Below, one piece after another: positions 22,777 to 24,000 of a stretch of 24,000 nucleotides of DNA. Every line of letters begins with the position of its first letter. Position 1 is the stretch's first letter. The translations under genes and the position numbers were made by a program. The notes under the pieces were generated by a model, which did no database searches, was not told where the DNA came from, and saw only the letters and a list, made by a program, of their open reading frames with translations. Origin of the DNA: Candidatus Saccharimonadota bacterium (GTDB lineage Bacteria > Patescibacteriota > Saccharimonadia > UBA4664); assembly GCA_029288275.1 (NCBI GenBank), contig JARIHM010000085.1:15379-39378 (forward strand), in the 5' to 3' direction.

Positions 22777-24000
22777 ATGGATGAAGTGGCGGAGGTTAAA
22801 AACCGGCTCGAAATTGCCGAGGTGGTAGGTGCGTACGTGCCGCTCAAGCAGGCAGGGCGCAATCTTAAGGCGCCGTGCCCGTTTCATGCTGAGCGCTCAG
22901 CTAGCTTTATGGTGAGCCCAGACAAGGGCATTTATCACTGCTTTGGCTGTGGCGAGGGCGGCGATATTTTTAGCTTCGTCATGAAAATGGAGGGGATTGA
23001 TTTTCGCGAGGCGCTAGAGAAGCTAGCGCGGCAAGCCGGGGTGGAGCTACGCGCCCGCCGCGGCGAAGACCAGGCTGTTAAACGGCTGCGGGCGCGGATG
23101 CTGGAGGCACACGAGCTGGCGGCCAAGTATTATCAAGCCTCTCTGGTACGCAATCCCAAAGCGCTCGACTACGTGGTGAAGAAACGGCATCTGGGTAAGC
23201 AAACGATCAGGGATTTTCAGATTGGCTACGCACCGGATTCTTGGAATGCACTCACGGACTTTCTGACCAAGCGTGGCTTTACCACTCAGGAATTATTGCA
23301 GGCCGGCCTCGCGGCTCAGAAGCCGGGCCGCAGCACCATTTATGATTTCTTCCGCGGGCGCATTATGTTTGCCATTTGTGATCGCGATGGCCGGCCGATC
23401 GCCTTTACGGCGCGTGTGCTAGACGATTCAGTGCCCAAATATCTGAACACGCCGCAAACGCCTTTATATGATAAGAGCCAGACGATTTTTGGCTTGCACT
23501 TGGCTAAAGAAGCGATACGTCAGGCCGATGAAGTGGTACTGGTAGAGGGTCAGATGGACGTGATTGCCAGTCACCAGGCGGGTGTCGGGCAGGTGGTGGC
23601 AACGAGCGGTACGGCGCTAACCTTAGAGCATTTGCGAGCGCTCGCGAAGCTCACTAAAAACATTAAACTAGCTTTTGACGCCGACCGGGCCGGCCTGGCT
23701 GCCACCGAGCGTGCCATTGAGCTGGGCCAAAAACTAGGGTTAACGCTGCGAATGGTCCAGATCGACCATGCCAAGGATGCGGACGAGCTCATCCAGAAGG
23801 ATGTGGCAGCTTGGAGCCGGGCGATTGCCGAGGCCAAGTATATTGTGGACTATCTATTTGACCGCTTTGCACATGATTACGATTTGGAGACGGCCGTGGG
23901 CAAGCGCCAGTACACGGATCGTTTGGCAGCCAATTTACGCCGTTTGGGCGACCCGGTCGAACAAGATCACTATGTGAAGCTGCTGGCCGAGCGCGTGGGC
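22777..24000 (+). CDS. dnaG: DNA primase DnaG, partial (continues past window)
   Basis: CHC2 zinc finger CPFHAERSASFMVSPDKGIYHCFGCGEGGDIFSF; EAIRQADEVVLVEGQMDVIASHQAG...FDADRAG TOPRIM. Absent from the ORF track. Confidence 0.98.
   Translation, partial: MDEVAEVKNRLEIAEVVGAYVPLKQAGRNLKAPCPFHAERSASFMVSPDKGIYHCFGCGEGGDIFSFVMKMEGIDFREALEKLARQAGVELRARRGEDQAVKRLRARMLEAHELAAKYYQASLVRNPKALDYVVKKRHLGKQTIRDFQIGYAPDSWNALTDFLTKRGFTTQELLQAGLAAQKPGRSTIYDFFRGRIMFAICDRDGRPIAFTARVLDDSVPKYLNTPQTPLYDKSQTIFGLHLAKEAIRQADEVVLVEGQMDVIASHQAGVGQVVATSGTALTLEHLRALAKLTKNIKLAFDADRAGLAATERAIELGQKLGLTLRMVQIDHAKDADELIQKDVAAWSRAIAEAKYIVDYLFDRFAHDYDLETAVGKRQYTDRLAANLRRLGDPVEQDHYVKLLAERVG

Noticed and set aside
1-24000. CRISPR array, transposon ends, phage genes, toxin-antitoxin or restriction system
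   Set aside because: No regularly spaced direct repeats, transposase/integrase motifs or recognisable defence proteins seen by eye; the 9322 ORF's PD-(D/E)XK resemblance alone is insufficient.

Overview
This 24 kb window is a densely packed, mostly + strand bacterial chromosomal segment. It looks ordinary at the operon level but carries many small hypothetical genes. UGA is used as a stop, so there is no sign of code 4 or 25. Gene content and style suggest a Candidate Phyla Radiation/Saccharibacteria-like or similar lineage; this is an inference, untested by search. Recognisable genes: NUDIX hydrolase, MurE-like Mur ligase, arginase/agmatinase family enzyme, phosphomannomutase/phosphoglucomutase, CIRCE-controlled groES-groEL, bifunctional PGI/PMI-type SIS protein, Band 7 (SPFH) protein, tRNA-Ser(GGA), GNAT, membrane-anchored SAM methyltransferase, PIG-L/LmbE-MsrB fusion, iron-sulfur-less MutY-like glycosylase, DUF3052-type protein, divergent J-domain protein, PHP protein, and the 5' part of dnaG (absent from the ORF track). 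I see no CRISPR array, transposase, prophage or canonical defence island. The most interesting points are: a tandem pair of unknown proteins (11209-12183) built from three copies of one helical module; clusters of microproteins (3826-4339, 22083-22692) with their own strong terminators, one a Cys-rich zinc-knuckle-like peptide; a PIG-L/MsrB fusion with an in-frame internal Shine-Dalgarno plus ATG; candidate leaderless promoters placing TATAAT-like boxes exactly 6 nt before ATG at three housekeeping genes; promoters whose -35 box overlaps the preceding gene's stop codon; a clusterless MutY homologue with Glu in place of the catalytic Asp; and a structured intergenic element at 6202-6354.
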